From Terriglobia bacterium (GTDB lineage: Bacteria > Acidobacteriota > Terriglobia > Acidiferrales > UBA7541), in the NCBI GenBank assembly GCA_041497605.1, contig JBGQGW010000001.1, forward strand, positions 3,110 through 67,109: a stretch of DNA of 64,000 nucleotides. The letters run 5' to 3'. The notes below the pieces were generated by a model that worked only from the letters and a program-made list of their open reading frames with translations, ran no database searches and was not told where the DNA came from. The position numbers were made by a program, and so were the translations under genes. This document shows positions 17,819 to 27,166 of this stretch, one piece after another (position 1 is the first letter of the stretch; each line of letters opens with the position of its first letter).

Positions 17819-18511
17819 ATGCGCATTCTTGTCGCCGAAGATGATCTGCCGGTCGCGAACTATTTGAAAAAGGGCCTCGAAGCCGAGCTGTATGAGGTGG
17901 AACTTGCCGGGGATGGGGCAGTAGCCCGGCGCATGGCAGAGAGCTGCGATTACGACCTGGTTATTCTCGACGTAAACCTGCCGACAATGGATGGGTTCGA
18001 AGTGTTACAGAACATTCGGGCCAAGAAGCCTGACCTGGCCGTGTTGATGTTGACGGGCGATAACATGATCCCGCAGCGGATCCGCGGACTCGACCTGGGT
18101 GCCGATGATTATCTAACCAAGCCATTTGCTTTCTCGGAACTCGCGGCACGGATTCGGGCGCTCCTGCGAAGACGAATCAGGCCGATGGAAGCAGTCCTGC
18201 GTGTGGAAGATCTGACGTTGGATCGATTGCAGCACTTGGTGCATCGCGGCGAACGCCGAATTGATCTGACGCCGAAGGAATTTGCTCTGCTGGATTATTT
18301 GATGCGGAATGCGGGCCGGCGCGTGACACGGGCCATGATCATAGAGAACGTTTGGGACATGTCGTTCGACACACTGACGAATGTAGTGGATGTGTACATC
18401 AATTACTTACGTAAAAAAATTGATGCCACTTCGGAACAGAAATTAATTCGCACGATTCGAGGAGTGGGCTACCAGGTGGGGGGCGAGGAAGCGCAGGCAG
18501 CAGAAAACTAA
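17819..18511 (+). CDS. OmpR/PhoB-family response regulator (REC + winged helix), orphan
   Basis: MRILVAEDDLPVANYL...LVILDVNLPTMDG...GADDYLTKPF...LTPKEFALLDYLMRNAGRRVTR...VDVYINYLRKKID...IRTIRGVGY. I prefer the ATG at 17819; the tracked GTG is at 17807. No cognate kinase is adjacent. Confidence 0.9.
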   Translation: MRILVAEDDLPVANYLKKGLEAELYEVELAGDGAVARRMAESCDYDLVILDVNLPTMDGFEVLQNIRAKKPDLAVLMLTGDNMIPQRIRGLDLGADDYLTKPFAFSELAARIRALLRRRIRPMEAVLRVEDLTLDRLQHLVHRGERRIDLTPKEFALLDYLMRNAGRRVTRAMIIENVWDMSFDTLTNVVDVYINYLRKKIDATSEQKLIRTIRGVGYQVGGEEAQAAEN

Positions 18512-18545
18512 GCCGGCGATGGCCCGATGCCGGCCCCATTTTGTC
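18512..18545 (+). terminator. candidate intrinsic terminator after the OmpR-type regulator
   Basis: GCCGGC-gatggcccgat-GCCGGC stem-loop, followed by CCCATTTTGTCTGTT. Confidence 0.45.
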
Positions 18546-18714
18546 TGTTCCGAACACAGTGCACGGTTTGCCGGGTTCCGTACCTGCGGGGAATACGGGG
18601 CTTCGCCAGGTCTGTTTGTAGTCCGTCGAGATTACGCGCGGAGAAGTGAATTCTAATCCAGGGCTCATCCGTTTCTAATCTGGGTGCAGTGAAGCTGGAG
18701 GACGAAGAAAACAC

Positions 18715-19929
18715 ATGGCCATGTTGGCATACCCTTGCGAAGCGGAAGCGCGAAACCGCATCCTGATTGTCAGCCCGGACGATGAGTTCCGGAAGCGAAT
18801 AGTCGACAAGATTGGACTGGGCCTGTGTCTGATCGAAGAAGCGCTGGGCGGAGCAGATGCGCTGGCAAAGCTCGAGGCCCAAGAATGCCAGGCATTGTTT
18901 CTGGACCGGCGCATCGCCGACCTGCACGTCGAAGAACTACTCGGTATTCTAAAACAGGACCATCCGGACTTGGATGTGAAGCTGGTTGATTCCCGAAGCG
19001 ATCTCGAGGCGCTGCTATCGTTTGCATCGGAGTTGAGTTCCGGGAGGAGAGAGGCGGAAGAGCATCGAATCCCAGAGGTATCCGATTTTGAGGCGGATCG
19101 CGTTCCTGCGCCTTCGGCAGGGATAAACTCTCTTGGCACCGTGCCTTCCATCGTGGAACCACTGCCCGGGATGCTGATATCACGGGGTGAAATGCAGGCA
19201 ACGTTCCGCTTGGCGCGCATGGTGGCACGGCGCGACACGCCGGTGCTGATCACGGGCGAAACCGGAACCGGCAAGGAGTTGGTGGCACTGGCAATACACA
19301 AGATCAGCCTGCGCGTGCAGGGACCCTTCGTGATTGTAAATTGCGCCGCGATTCCAGAAACCCTTCTGGAATCAGAACTATTCGGCTACGTGCGCGGGGC
19401 ATTTACCGGTGCCATTCAATCCCGGATTGGGCGAATTCATGGCGCGCATGGCGGGACACTCTTCCTGGATGAAGTGGGCGAGCTACCATTGAGCATGCAG
19501 GCAAAACTGCTGCGCTTTTTGCAACATGGCGAGGTGCAGCGCCTTGGCAGTTCGGATGTGTTCCGTGTGGACGTTCGTGTGATCGCAGCCACCAACGTAG
19601 ATCTGGCAAAGCAGGTGGCGGAACGTTTATTCCGGAGCGATCTGTACTACCGGCTAGCCGTTTTTCCGATCGATTTGCCGCCATTGCGCAAGCGCACTGA
19701 GGACATTCTCCCTCTCGCTGAATACTTCTTGGACGGACTGTGCTGCGAGTCCAACGAGCCCGCGAAGCATCTCTCTCCGGGTGCAGCAGTCTTGCTGCGC
19801 CGTTATGCATGGCCGGGGAACGTACGCGAACTGGAACACGCTCTGGAGAGGGCATTTATTCTTGCCGAAAGCTCGGCGGAAATATCCAGCGATTTTTTCC
19901 ATCTGGATCTGGCCAATTCTTCTCGTTAG
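18715..19929 (+). CDS. sigma-54 activator (bEBP) with a divergent N-terminal receiver-like domain and NO C-terminal DNA-binding domain (FleQ/FlrA position)
   Basis: 404 aa. N-terminus: RILIVSPDDEF...ALFLDRRIADL. AAA+ core: GETGTGKE, ESELFGYVRGAFTGA, GTLFLDEVGEL, RVIAATN, WPGNVRELEH. The protein ends about 25 aa after that (...AEISSDFFHLDLANSSR*), so there is no HTH. Confidence 0.85.
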   Translation: MAMLAYPCEAEARNRILIVSPDDEFRKRIVDKIGLGLCLIEEALGGADALAKLEAQECQALFLDRRIADLHVEELLGILKQDHPDLDVKLVDSRSDLEALLSFASELSSGRREAEEHRIPEVSDFEADRVPAPSAGINSLGTVPSIVEPLPGMLISRGEMQATFRLARMVARRDTPVLITGETGTGKELVALAIHKISLRVQGPFVIVNCAAIPETLLESELFGYVRGAFTGAIQSRIGRIHGAHGGTLFLDEVGELPLSMQAKLLRFLQHGEVQRLGSSDVFRVDVRVIAATNVDLAKQVAERLFRSDLYYRLAVFPIDLPPLRKRTEDILPLAEYFLDGLCCESNEPAKHLSPGAAVLLRRYAWPGNVRELEHALERAFILAESSAEISSDFFHLDLANSSR

Positions 19930-19960
19930 AGAAATTTAACGAGATTCCCTGTTCCTTGGC

Positions 19961-21325
19961 ATGCCCGTTGCATTCCCACCCACGATGCCAAATTTGCCTG
20001 CAACTCGGCAAAAAAGACCCAGGGCCAAAGCCGAGGCTCGGAGCCAGTCGCAGCCCGAGTCCCGCCGTTTGTCAAAACCGCACTCGCGAATGCCGCTGGC
20101 CAAAACCTCCGTGCATAGCTCAGCGCAGCAATCGCTGGTTGAAGCCTTCGTTTCCTTTACGCAGGTTGCCGGTTCGCTGGAAAAATCATACGCCCAACTT
20201 CAAGGGGAAGTTGGCCGCCTTCGCGGCGAGCTAGCGCGAGCGAATTCCGAACTCACCAGCAGTCATGAAGAGAACGCGCGCGTGCGTTCATTTCTGGCCC
20301 GCATTGTGGAAGGGCTTCCGTGCGGCGTGATCGTGCTGCAAGAAGACGACAAACTTTCGATGTTGAACCCGGAAGCGCAGCACTTGCTGGCGATCGATGC
20401 CGATTGGAACGAGAACGGCGACTCCACTCCGCCTTCGATGGTCCGGACATTACTGTCCAAGGCGGCGCCGCAGGAAGATTCGACTCCTTCGGAATGCACG
20501 TTGGAACTGCCGGCGGGTAAGCGTACATTCGCCACCGCTTGCACTCAAATCGCGGAAAGCCCCGACGGACGCGGGCGCGCCACGATTCTGATTTTGCGGG
20601 ATATTACCGATGAAAAGCGCGTTGCTCACGAACGCGAAGCGGCGCGGCGAGTTCAAGCCCTGGCGGAAATTTCAACACTGCTTGCGCATGAGATTCGAAA
20701 TCCCCTGGGAAGCCTGGAACTGTTTGCAGGACTGATCTCCGATGCGACGTCACAATTGCCGGATGCACGGCAGTGGGTGGATCACCTGCAAGCGGGATTG
20801 CGAGGACTTTCGGCCACGGTAAACAACGTTTTGCACTTCCACAGCCAGCCCTCCGCAGAACGAGTGCCCACTGACTTGAAACTGTTGCTGCGGCAGACGA
20901 TTGATTTCCTGCGGCCGCTGGCTCGGCAGAAGAACATGCAGATTTCCCTGATCTGCCGGGTCGAAGAAGTTTCGATTGCGGCGGACTCACATCGATTGCA
21001 ACAGGTTTTCTTCAATTTGGCTCTAAATGCGTTTCGGGCCATGGCGGCCGGCGGGACTTTGTTTATCCGCGTGGATTGGACAGCGCAGGGGGTAGGCGAG
21101 AGGCTGCAGATTGTGTTTGAGGACCAGGGAGCCGGAATCGAATCGGAGCACCTGAGCAAGATTTTCGAGCCGGGATTCACGACGAAGGCAGGCAGTCCTG
21201 GATTAGGGCTTTCTCTCTGCAAGACCGTGATGGAACAACACGAAGGAACAATTTCCGTCCAGACCGTCTTGGGGCGGAGGACCAGCTTCACACTGCTTTT
21301 TCCGGCTCTAAGAGGGAAACAATGA
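19961..21325 (+). CDS. cytoplasmic sensor histidine kinase (coiled coil + PAS-like + HisKA + HATPase_c), FleS/FlrB-like
   Basis: 454 aa with no TM segment. H-box: LLAHEIRNPLGSLELF. N-box: FFNLALNAFRAM. G-boxes: DQGAGI...GLGLSLC. Its stop overlaps the following regulator gene (21322..21325). Confidence 0.85.
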   Translation: MPVAFPPTMPNLPATRQKRPRAKAEARSQSQPESRRLSKPHSRMPLAKTSVHSSAQQSLVEAFVSFTQVAGSLEKSYAQLQGEVGRLRGELARANSELTSSHEENARVRSFLARIVEGLPCGVIVLQEDDKLSMLNPEAQHLLAIDADWNENGDSTPPSMVRTLLSKAAPQEDSTPSECTLELPAGKRTFATACTQIAESPDGRGRATILILRDITDEKRVAHEREAARRVQALAEISTLLAHEIRNPLGSLELFAGLISDATSQLPDARQWVDHLQAGLRGLSATVNNVLHFHSQPSAERVPTDLKLLLRQTIDFLRPLARQKNMQISLICRVEEVSIAADSHRLQQVFFNLALNAFRAMAAGGTLFIRVDWTAQGVGERLQIVFEDQGAGIESEHLSKIFEPGFTTKAGSPGLGLSLCKTVMEQHEGTISVQTVLGRRTSFTLLFPALRGKQ

Positions 21326-22650
21326 ACCAAGTTCTGGTGGTCGATGACGAAGCGGCGATGCGCACGGCCCTGGAGGCGAGTTTTCGCCGTGACGGGTGGC
21401 AAGTGGCCACCGCGGCGGGCACAAGCGAGGCGCTGGACAAGTTCCGGAGCACGCCCTGTTCGCTGGTGGTGACAGACATGAGGATGCCGGACGGCGACGG
21501 CCTGCGGGTAATGCAAGGGGTTCGTGAAATGAACCCGAAGACGGCGGTCGTCTTGCTCACCGCGTTCGGCAGCATTCCCGAGGCAGTGCTCACGATGAAG
21601 GAAGGAGCCTGCGATTACCTGGTGAAGCCAATTTCATTTGAACGGTTACGCGAAGCGGCACAGCGAGTTCTGCAGAAGGCTGATGAGCAGGAGCCGGATC
21701 CTTCAAAAGATGGCTTGATCGGCCAGTCCAATGTGTTTCGACGAATGATGGAGCGAGCGCGGCAAATCGCCGGTGCGGATGCGGACGTGCTGATCGAAGC
21801 GGAGAGCGGGACCGGGAAAGAATTGCTGGCCCGGTTGATTCATCGTTCGAGCCCGCGGCGCGAGGCGCGGTTCGTGGCCGTAAACTGCGCAGCATTCCCC
21901 GAAGCCCTGCTCGAGAGCGAATTGTTTGGCCATGTGCGGGGCGCCTTTACCGGCGCGACCGCCGCGAAGCTGGGAAAATTTGAGCTTGCCGATGCTGGCA
22001 CGCTGCTACTGGATGAGATCGGCGAAATGCCGCTAAACCTTCAGCCGAAATTACTGCGGGTCCTGCAAGAGCGTGAAGTGGACCGGCTAGGCGACACCCG
22101 CCCGGTTCATGTCGATGTGCGCGTGATTGCCACCACCAATCGCTCGCTGCGCCGCCTGGTGGAAGACGGGAAATTTCGGGCCGACCTGTTTTACCGGCTC
22201 AATGTTGTGCCGCTCTCGATTCCGCCGCTGCGGGACCGCCGCGAAGACATTGCCGAACTCGCCGGCCATTTCATCCGAAAATACAAATCGAAGACGGTAG
22301 ACGGTGCGGTGCGGATTTCACCCGAACTGCTCGCACGGCTGAACGAACACAATTGGCATGGAAATATCCGCGAACTCGAGAATTTCATCCGGCGGGCCTT
22401 GGCTCTATCGAATGGCTCGATTCTGGGTGGGGATTTATGGGAAGAGCAGGACTGGATGCAAACAGCCGTGGCCAAGGACGTCCTGCCAGCAGGGCTTTCG
22501 CTGCGCGACATGGAAAAGCAGCTCCTGGAAAGGACGCTCGAATCCAACGGCGGAAATCGCACGCGAGCGGCGGAAGTGCTTGGCGTGAGCCTGCGCACAA
22601 TTCGAAACAAGATTCGAGAATACGGATTGCCACCACGGAGGGCTGCATGA
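21322..22650 (+). CDS. sigma-54-dependent response regulator (REC + AAA+ + HTH_8), FleR/FlrC/FlgR-like
   Basis: 442 aa: VLVVDDEAAMR...LVVTDMRMPDGDG...DYLVKP; ESGTGKE; GHVRGAFTGA; WHGNIRELEN; C-terminal NGGNRTRAAEVLGVSLRTIRNKIREYG. The stop TGA overlaps the flgB ATG. Confidence 0.9.
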   Translation: MNQVLVVDDEAAMRTALEASFRRDGWQVATAAGTSEALDKFRSTPCSLVVTDMRMPDGDGLRVMQGVREMNPKTAVVLLTAFGSIPEAVLTMKEGACDYLVKPISFERLREAAQRVLQKADEQEPDPSKDGLIGQSNVFRRMMERARQIAGADADVLIEAESGTGKELLARLIHRSSPRREARFVAVNCAAFPEALLESELFGHVRGAFTGATAAKLGKFELADAGTLLLDEIGEMPLNLQPKLLRVLQEREVDRLGDTRPVHVDVRVIATTNRSLRRLVEDGKFRADLFYRLNVVPLSIPPLRDRREDIAELAGHFIRKYKSKTVDGAVRISPELLARLNEHNWHGNIRELENFIRRALALSNGSILGGDLWEEQDWMQTAVAKDVLPAGLSLRDMEKQLLERTLESNGGNRTRAAEVLGVSLRTIRNKIREYGLPPRRAA

Positions 22651-23009
22651 GCCTGATCGATACACCTAATCTAAGCACTCTGGAACATTTTTTGAACCTT
22701 GCGTCTTACCGGCAATCGCTGGTTGCCAGCAATCTGGCCAACATCGATACGCCGGGCTATCGCACCCGCGATATTGATTTTCGTTCGGAAATGAAACGAG
22801 TGGCGCAGGATTTCGAAGGCGAGATGGAACCGCCCATCGCGCGTCAAGTGCCGGGGCTTCTGGAGCGGCCGGACGGCAACAATGTGAGCATCGACCGGGA
22901 GACGCTGCTGCTGGGGCGGTCGCAGTTGCAATTTCGAGCAGCGGTCGCCTTGATGCGCGCAGAATTTCAGAATTTGACGACAGCAATTAAGGAAGGAAGT
23001 GCTGTATGA
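22647..23009 (+). CDS. flgB: flagellar basal-body rod protein FlgB
   Basis: I re-called the start to the ATG at 22647, inside tracked ORF 22353..23009: MSLIDTPNLSTLEHFLNLASYRQSLVASNLANIDTPGYRTRDIDF... Confidence 0.9.
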   Translation: MSLIDTPNLSTLEHFLNLASYRQSLVASNLANIDTPGYRTRDIDFRSEMKRVAQDFEGEMEPPIARQVPGLLERPDGNNVSIDRETLLLGRSQLQFRAAVALMRAEFQNLTTAIKEGSAV

Positions 23010-23443
23010 ATCTCTTCGACGTCATGGATATTAGCGGGTCGGCACTGCTGGCGGAGCGCCAACGCGCGGAAATCGTCACCAGCAACCTGGCCAATGCGGA
23101 GACCACACACACGGCGGAAGGCGGCCCTTACCGCCGGATGGAGGTTGTCTTCGGGGCACATCGGGAATCTCAAAACTTCGCAGCCGCACTGGCCTCGGTG
23201 GGTGATTTGCACGCGCGGGGCGTGCGCGTGGAGGGCGTCGTGGCAGACAATACGGCGCCGCTGCGCCGCTACGAGCCGAATCACCCGGATGCGGATGATC
23301 AGGGCTATGTTTCGTATCCAGCCATCAATCCCGCGGAAGAAATGGTCAACCTGATGGGGGCGGCGCGTTCGTACCAATTGAACGCAGCTGCGGTGCAGGC
23401 CACGAAGGCAATGATCACGTCGGCGATCGCCATCCTGAGTTAA
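23006..23443 (+). CDS. flgC: flagellar basal-body rod protein FlgC
   Basis: 145 aa: MNLFDVMDISGSALLAERQRAEIVTSNLANAETT...YVSYPAINPAEEMVNLMGAARSYQLNAAAVQ. Confidence 0.95.
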   Translation: MNLFDVMDISGSALLAERQRAEIVTSNLANAETTHTAEGGPYRRMEVVFGAHRESQNFAAALASVGDLHARGVRVEGVVADNTAPLRRYEPNHPDADDQGYVSYPAINPAEEMVNLMGAARSYQLNAAAVQATKAMITSAIAILS

Positions 23444-23468
23444 TGAACGACTGGAGCGGAGATAGAAC

Positions 23469-23768
23469 ATGAGCAATTCGATTCAAGGACTGGGCAGCGC
23501 CGCAACCGATTTGACGAAGTCACTTGGCACTCCTCCGGGAGAAAAGAGTGGCGAGTTTTTCGATACGTTGAAGCATGCAATGAATCAAGTGGGCCAATTG
23601 CAGGCCGAAGCGCAGAATAAAATCACTGGGCTCGTCACCGGCGATGGTGAAGATGTCCATTCGGCCATGATCGCGGTGGAAAAAGCGAATATGGCGTTTG
23701 AAATGATGGTGCAGGTGCGAAACAAGATCATTTCGGCCTATCAGGAAGTTTCGCGACTGCAATTTTAG
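23469..23768 (+). CDS. fliE: flagellar hook-basal body complex protein FliE
   Basis: 99 aa, C-terminus ...DVHSAMIAVEKANMAFEMMVQVRNKIISAYQEVSRLQF. Confidence 0.9.
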   Translation: MSNSIQGLGSAATDLTKSLGTPPGEKSGEFFDTLKHAMNQVGQLQAEAQNKITGLVTGDGEDVHSAMIAVEKANMAFEMMVQVRNKIISAYQEVSRLQF

Positions 23769-23866
23769 GCACCGATTGATTCCCCAGGATTCCGGCGGCC
23801 CGGGCTGACCCACGGACCCGCAATAGAGAGCGGTGAGTTACCGCCACAGGTGTACTGACCAGACAG

Positions 23867-25495
23867 ATGGAAAAGTATTTCGAGCAATTAAAAAAATTCG
23901 TGCTCAGGCTTTCGCTGCAGCAGCAAGCCCTGCTGGCTGCTTCCATTCTGGCGGTTGGCCTGACGCTCTGGTTCTTCGTTCACCTATTCTCCCAGCCCGA
24001 TTTCAAACCTCTGTACTCCGGACTTTCATCCTCGGATCTGCAAAATCTTGAGAAGCAGCTAGCTGAGAAGAATATTCAATACGAGATTTCGAGCGACGGC
24101 ACCACGCTGAAAGTGCCGGCCGACAAGCTGGACGAGTTGAGAATTGAAGTTTCCTCGAAGAGCAGCTTCTCCAGCGGACGCTTGGGATTTGAATTGTTCG
24201 ACAAACCAAACTGGTCAGGGAGCGATTTTTCGGAAAAAGTAAACTACCAGCGGGCACTGGAAGCCGAGCTGGAACGCACGATCCAGACGATCGACGGTAT
24301 CGAGGCAGCGCGCGTGCACCTGGTGCTTCCGCATGAATCCTTGTTCACGGAAAAAGAGCGCCAGGGAAAAGCGGCCGTAGTCGTGAAGCTGCGCGGCGGG
24401 CATCTTTCCGAAGACACATTGAATTCGATCGCGCGGCTTGTTTCCAGCGCGGTGGACGATTTACCCCCGGAGAATGTGGCGATCGTAGATGCCGAAGGCG
24501 GGACGCCGATTCGCTCGCGCGGCGGGGCCGGCGAAACGGCCGGATCCATGGAGTCGGAAAAGGCCATTGCCGATAAATTAATTGCCACCCTGGCGCCGGT
24601 GGTCGGAGCCGATCACGTGAAGGCCAGCGTGACAGTGGATCGCGATGCCAGTTCGGGAGAGAGCACGCAAGAAGTTTACGACCCGAACTCCGTGGTGCTG
24701 ACCTCGCAAATTTCGGAAGAGCATGTGACTGATGCCAGCCCATCGGGCGTCCCAGGAACTACGAGCAATGTGCCGCGCCCGGCGGCGCCGGGGGCGCCAT
24801 CCGCAAAGGTGCAGATCACCACGGATTCCCAGGGGCTGCGGAGCGAGAGCAAGACTTTCGTCGTGGGCCGCACCGTGCGTCATCTGATCGAGCCGTCGGG
24901 CCGAGTGAAGCGGATCGCCGCGGCTCTGCTGGTGGACGATGCGGTGGAAATCAAGGAAGAGGCCGGAAAGAAACAGGAAGTCCGCCGCAAGCGCACTCCG
25001 GAAGAGATGAAGCAGATAGAAGAATTGGCGAAAGCGGCGATGGGATTCGACGCCACGCGAGGCGATCAACTTTCGGTGCAGAATTTGTCTTTTCAGGTTT
25101 TGCCAGTCGAAAAGGTGGTTCCGCCCACCGTGGTTCAGAGAGTTCTGTGGATGACCGAACGTTGGGTTGTCGCCATCCGGCTTGCCGGGCTATTCCTGCT
25201 GTTTGGAATCGTGTACCTCGTCCTGCTTCGCCCGATCAAGAAGCAGGTTCTAGCCAGCTTCCGCGCGGCCGCCCCTGCGCACCCCCCTGCCAAGGGAATC
25301 GTGAGCAATTCGGGGGGCACCGCGCCTGGCGCGGCGGAGGCCGGGTTCGATCTGGAGGGAGAACTGGCAACTGTGAATTCTGAAGTGGGCAAGGCAGTTT
25401 TGTTGAAACGGCATCTCGTCGAGAAGGTGAAGGCCGAGCCGGAATCGTCGAGCCGTCTGATCCAGAACTGGATCCGGCAGGGGCAGAACAATTAA
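23867..25495 (+). CDS. fliF: flagellar M-ring (MS-ring) protein FliF
   Basis: 542 aa. N-terminal TM, then LYSGLSSSDLQNLEKQLAEKNIQYEIS..G.TLKVPADKLDELR, NYQRALEAELERTIQTIDGIEAARVHL, a second TM, and a C-terminal FliG-binding tail. Confidence 0.95.
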   Translation: MEKYFEQLKKFVLRLSLQQQALLAASILAVGLTLWFFVHLFSQPDFKPLYSGLSSSDLQNLEKQLAEKNIQYEISSDGTTLKVPADKLDELRIEVSSKSSFSSGRLGFELFDKPNWSGSDFSEKVNYQRALEAELERTIQTIDGIEAARVHLVLPHESLFTEKERQGKAAVVVKLRGGHLSEDTLNSIARLVSSAVDDLPPENVAIVDAEGGTPIRSRGGAGETAGSMESEKAIADKLIATLAPVVGADHVKASVTVDRDASSGESTQEVYDPNSVVLTSQISEEHVTDASPSGVPGTTSNVPRPAAPGAPSAKVQITTDSQGLRSESKTFVVGRTVRHLIEPSGRVKRIAAALLVDDAVEIKEEAGKKQEVRRKRTPEEMKQIEELAKAAMGFDATRGDQLSVQNLSFQVLPVEKVVPPTVVQRVLWMTERWVVAIRLAGLFLLFGIVYLVLLRPIKKQVLASFRAAAPAHPPAKGIVSNSGGTAPGAAEAGFDLEGELATVNSEVGKAVLLKRHLVEKVKAEPESSSRLIQNWIRQGQNN

Positions 25496-26517
25496 TGGCA
25501 GAGACAATCGACGCTACAACCTCCGGACTCCGAAAAGCCGCCATTCTGCTGGTTTTACTGGGTGACGATGCTGCCGCGAACCTCTACAAGCATCTCCCGG
25601 AAAATGACTTGCGCCTGCTGACCCAGGAAATTGCTGAGCTTGAATATGTCTCGCCGGAGACAGCCACGAAAGTGCTCCATGAATATAATCGCCTGACGCT
25701 TACCCAACAGTACTTGGCGCAGGGCGGCACGGACTACGCGACGAAGTTGCTGGTCAAGGCATTTGGCGAAGAAGGTGCCAAGGGCCTATTGGAACAGGTA
25801 CTTGTTGCGCAGGAGGCCGGCGCGAAGAATCTGGATACGATTCAAAAGGCAGATCCCAACCAGCTCGCCAAATTCATCCAGGGCGAGCATCCGCAGACCA
25901 TTGCCCTGATCCTGGCGCACTTGGCTCCGAAGACGGCTTCGGGCGTGCTAGTCATGCTGCCGGAAAAGATCCGGGCGGAATCTGTGAAACGGCTGGCCCA
26001 GATGCAACAGTTCTCTCCCGAGGTTGTTCAGAAGATCAGCTTCGTTCTGCACAAGAAGCTGCAATCGGTCGGGGAACAAAGCCGACGTGCGTACGGCGGA
26101 GTGAGTGCCGTCGCCGAATTAATGAATCGCATGGAATCAGCAGTGAGCAAGAACGTTCTGGAAACAATTGAACAAGAGGACGCGAAGTTGGCCGTGGCCA
26201 TTCGCAACTCGATGTTCACGTTCGAAGACTTAATTGAGGTGCCGGAGGTGAGCATCCGAGAACTGCTCGGCCAGGTTGATAAGAAACAGTTGGCAGTCGC
26301 GCTCAAGGGCGCATCGGAAAATCTGAGGAATCATCTGCTGAAAGCGATGTCCTCTCGCGCGGCGGAAATGCTGAAGGAAGATATGGAAGCACTCGGCCCG
26401 ACTCGCTCACGCGACGTGAGCAATGCCCAGCATGACATCGTCGCGCAGGCGCGAAAGCTCGAAGCGGCCGGCAAAATGGTTTTGAAGAATGAAGCGGAGG
26501 ATGCCCTTGTCGTCTAA
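25495..26517 (+). CDS. fliG: flagellar motor switch protein FliG
   Basis: 340 aa: GLRKAAILLVLLGDDAAANLYKHL...EHPQTIALILAHL...MFTFEDLIEV...ALKGASENLRNHLLKAMSSRAAEMLKEDMEALGP.R..DV..AQ. Confidence 0.95.
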   Translation: MAETIDATTSGLRKAAILLVLLGDDAAANLYKHLPENDLRLLTQEIAELEYVSPETATKVLHEYNRLTLTQQYLAQGGTDYATKLLVKAFGEEGAKGLLEQVLVAQEAGAKNLDTIQKADPNQLAKFIQGEHPQTIALILAHLAPKTASGVLVMLPEKIRAESVKRLAQMQQFSPEVVQKISFVLHKKLQSVGEQSRRAYGGVSAVAELMNRMESAVSKNVLETIEQEDAKLAVAIRNSMFTFEDLIEVPEVSIRELLGQVDKKQLAVALKGASENLRNHLLKAMSSRAAEMLKEDMEALGPTRSRDVSNAQHDIVAQARKLEAAGKMVLKNEAEDALVV

Positions 26518-27166
26518 ACCGGATTTGAGAGCCGGAGAGCTGCTGCTGGACTCGGTCCCATTCGTGTACCCGCCTGCCGCAAGCGAGGATGCTCTCCCCA
26601 ACTCGAACATAAACGGCGCGAGAAAACAAGCGAACCGGGAACTGGCCGACATCGAGAACCGTGAAAAACAGGCCTGGCAACAGGGCGTCCAGGAAGGGGA
26701 AGTGAAGGGGCGTGTACAACTCGAAAAACAGACCAGCGAACTGCGCGAATCGGTCGAAAAGAGCCTTCGTGACTTTGTCAACGAGAGGAATAACTATTTC
26801 GAGCATGTGGAAACAGAGGTGGTACATCTGGCTCTGGCAATCGCTGGCAAGATTCTGCATCGAGAGGCTCAGATTGATCCGCTCCTGCTGACCGGGCTCG
26901 TGCATGTAGCGCTTGAAAAACTTGGAGCACAGACCAAGATTCGCCTGCGCGTGCATCCCACTCAATTGGAATCCTGGCGAAAGTCCTTCGCGGAAATGGC
27001 CAGCCAGTCACTGGCTCCGGAATTGATCGGAGACGAGAGCCTGGCGCTAATGCAGTGCGTGATCGAAACGGAGCATGGTTCCACAGAAGTCAGCCTGGAA
27101 ACCCACCTCAAGGAAATCGAGCAGGGCTTCTTCGATCTGCTCGCGCGACGTCCCCGGAACTCGTGA
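26489..27166 (+). CDS. fliH: flagellar assembly protein FliH
   Basis: About 220 aa between fliG and fliI. It has an E/Q-rich coiled region and a conserved C-terminal part, VVHLALAIAGKILHREAQIDPLLLTGLVHVALEKL. The start is uncertain (ATG 26489 or 26501, or TTG 26507 after GGAGG). Confidence 0.8.
   Translation: MKRRMPLSSKPDLRAGELLLDSVPFVYPPAASEDALPNSNINGARKQANRELADIENREKQAWQQGVQEGEVKGRVQLEKQTSELRESVEKSLRDFVNERNNYFEHVETEVVHLALAIAGKILHREAQIDPLLLTGLVHVALEKLGAQTKIRLRVHPTQLESWRKSFAEMASQSLAPELIGDESLALMQCVIETEHGSTEVSLETHLKEIEQGFFDLLARRPRNS

Noticed and set aside
18681-18695. TGGGTGCAGTGAAGC upstream of the HTH-less bEBP gene, considered as a sigma-54 promoter.
   Set aside because: The spacing is right, but the -12 box (AAGCT) is poor. 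The predicted TSS would also fall inside or after the GGAGGA Shine-Dalgarno of the gene.
22581-22594. TGGCGTGAGCCTGC inside the 3' end of the FleR-like gene, considered as a possible sigma-54 promoter for flgB.
   Set aside because: The spacing is GG-N9-GC rather than N10, and the -12 region does not match TTGC.
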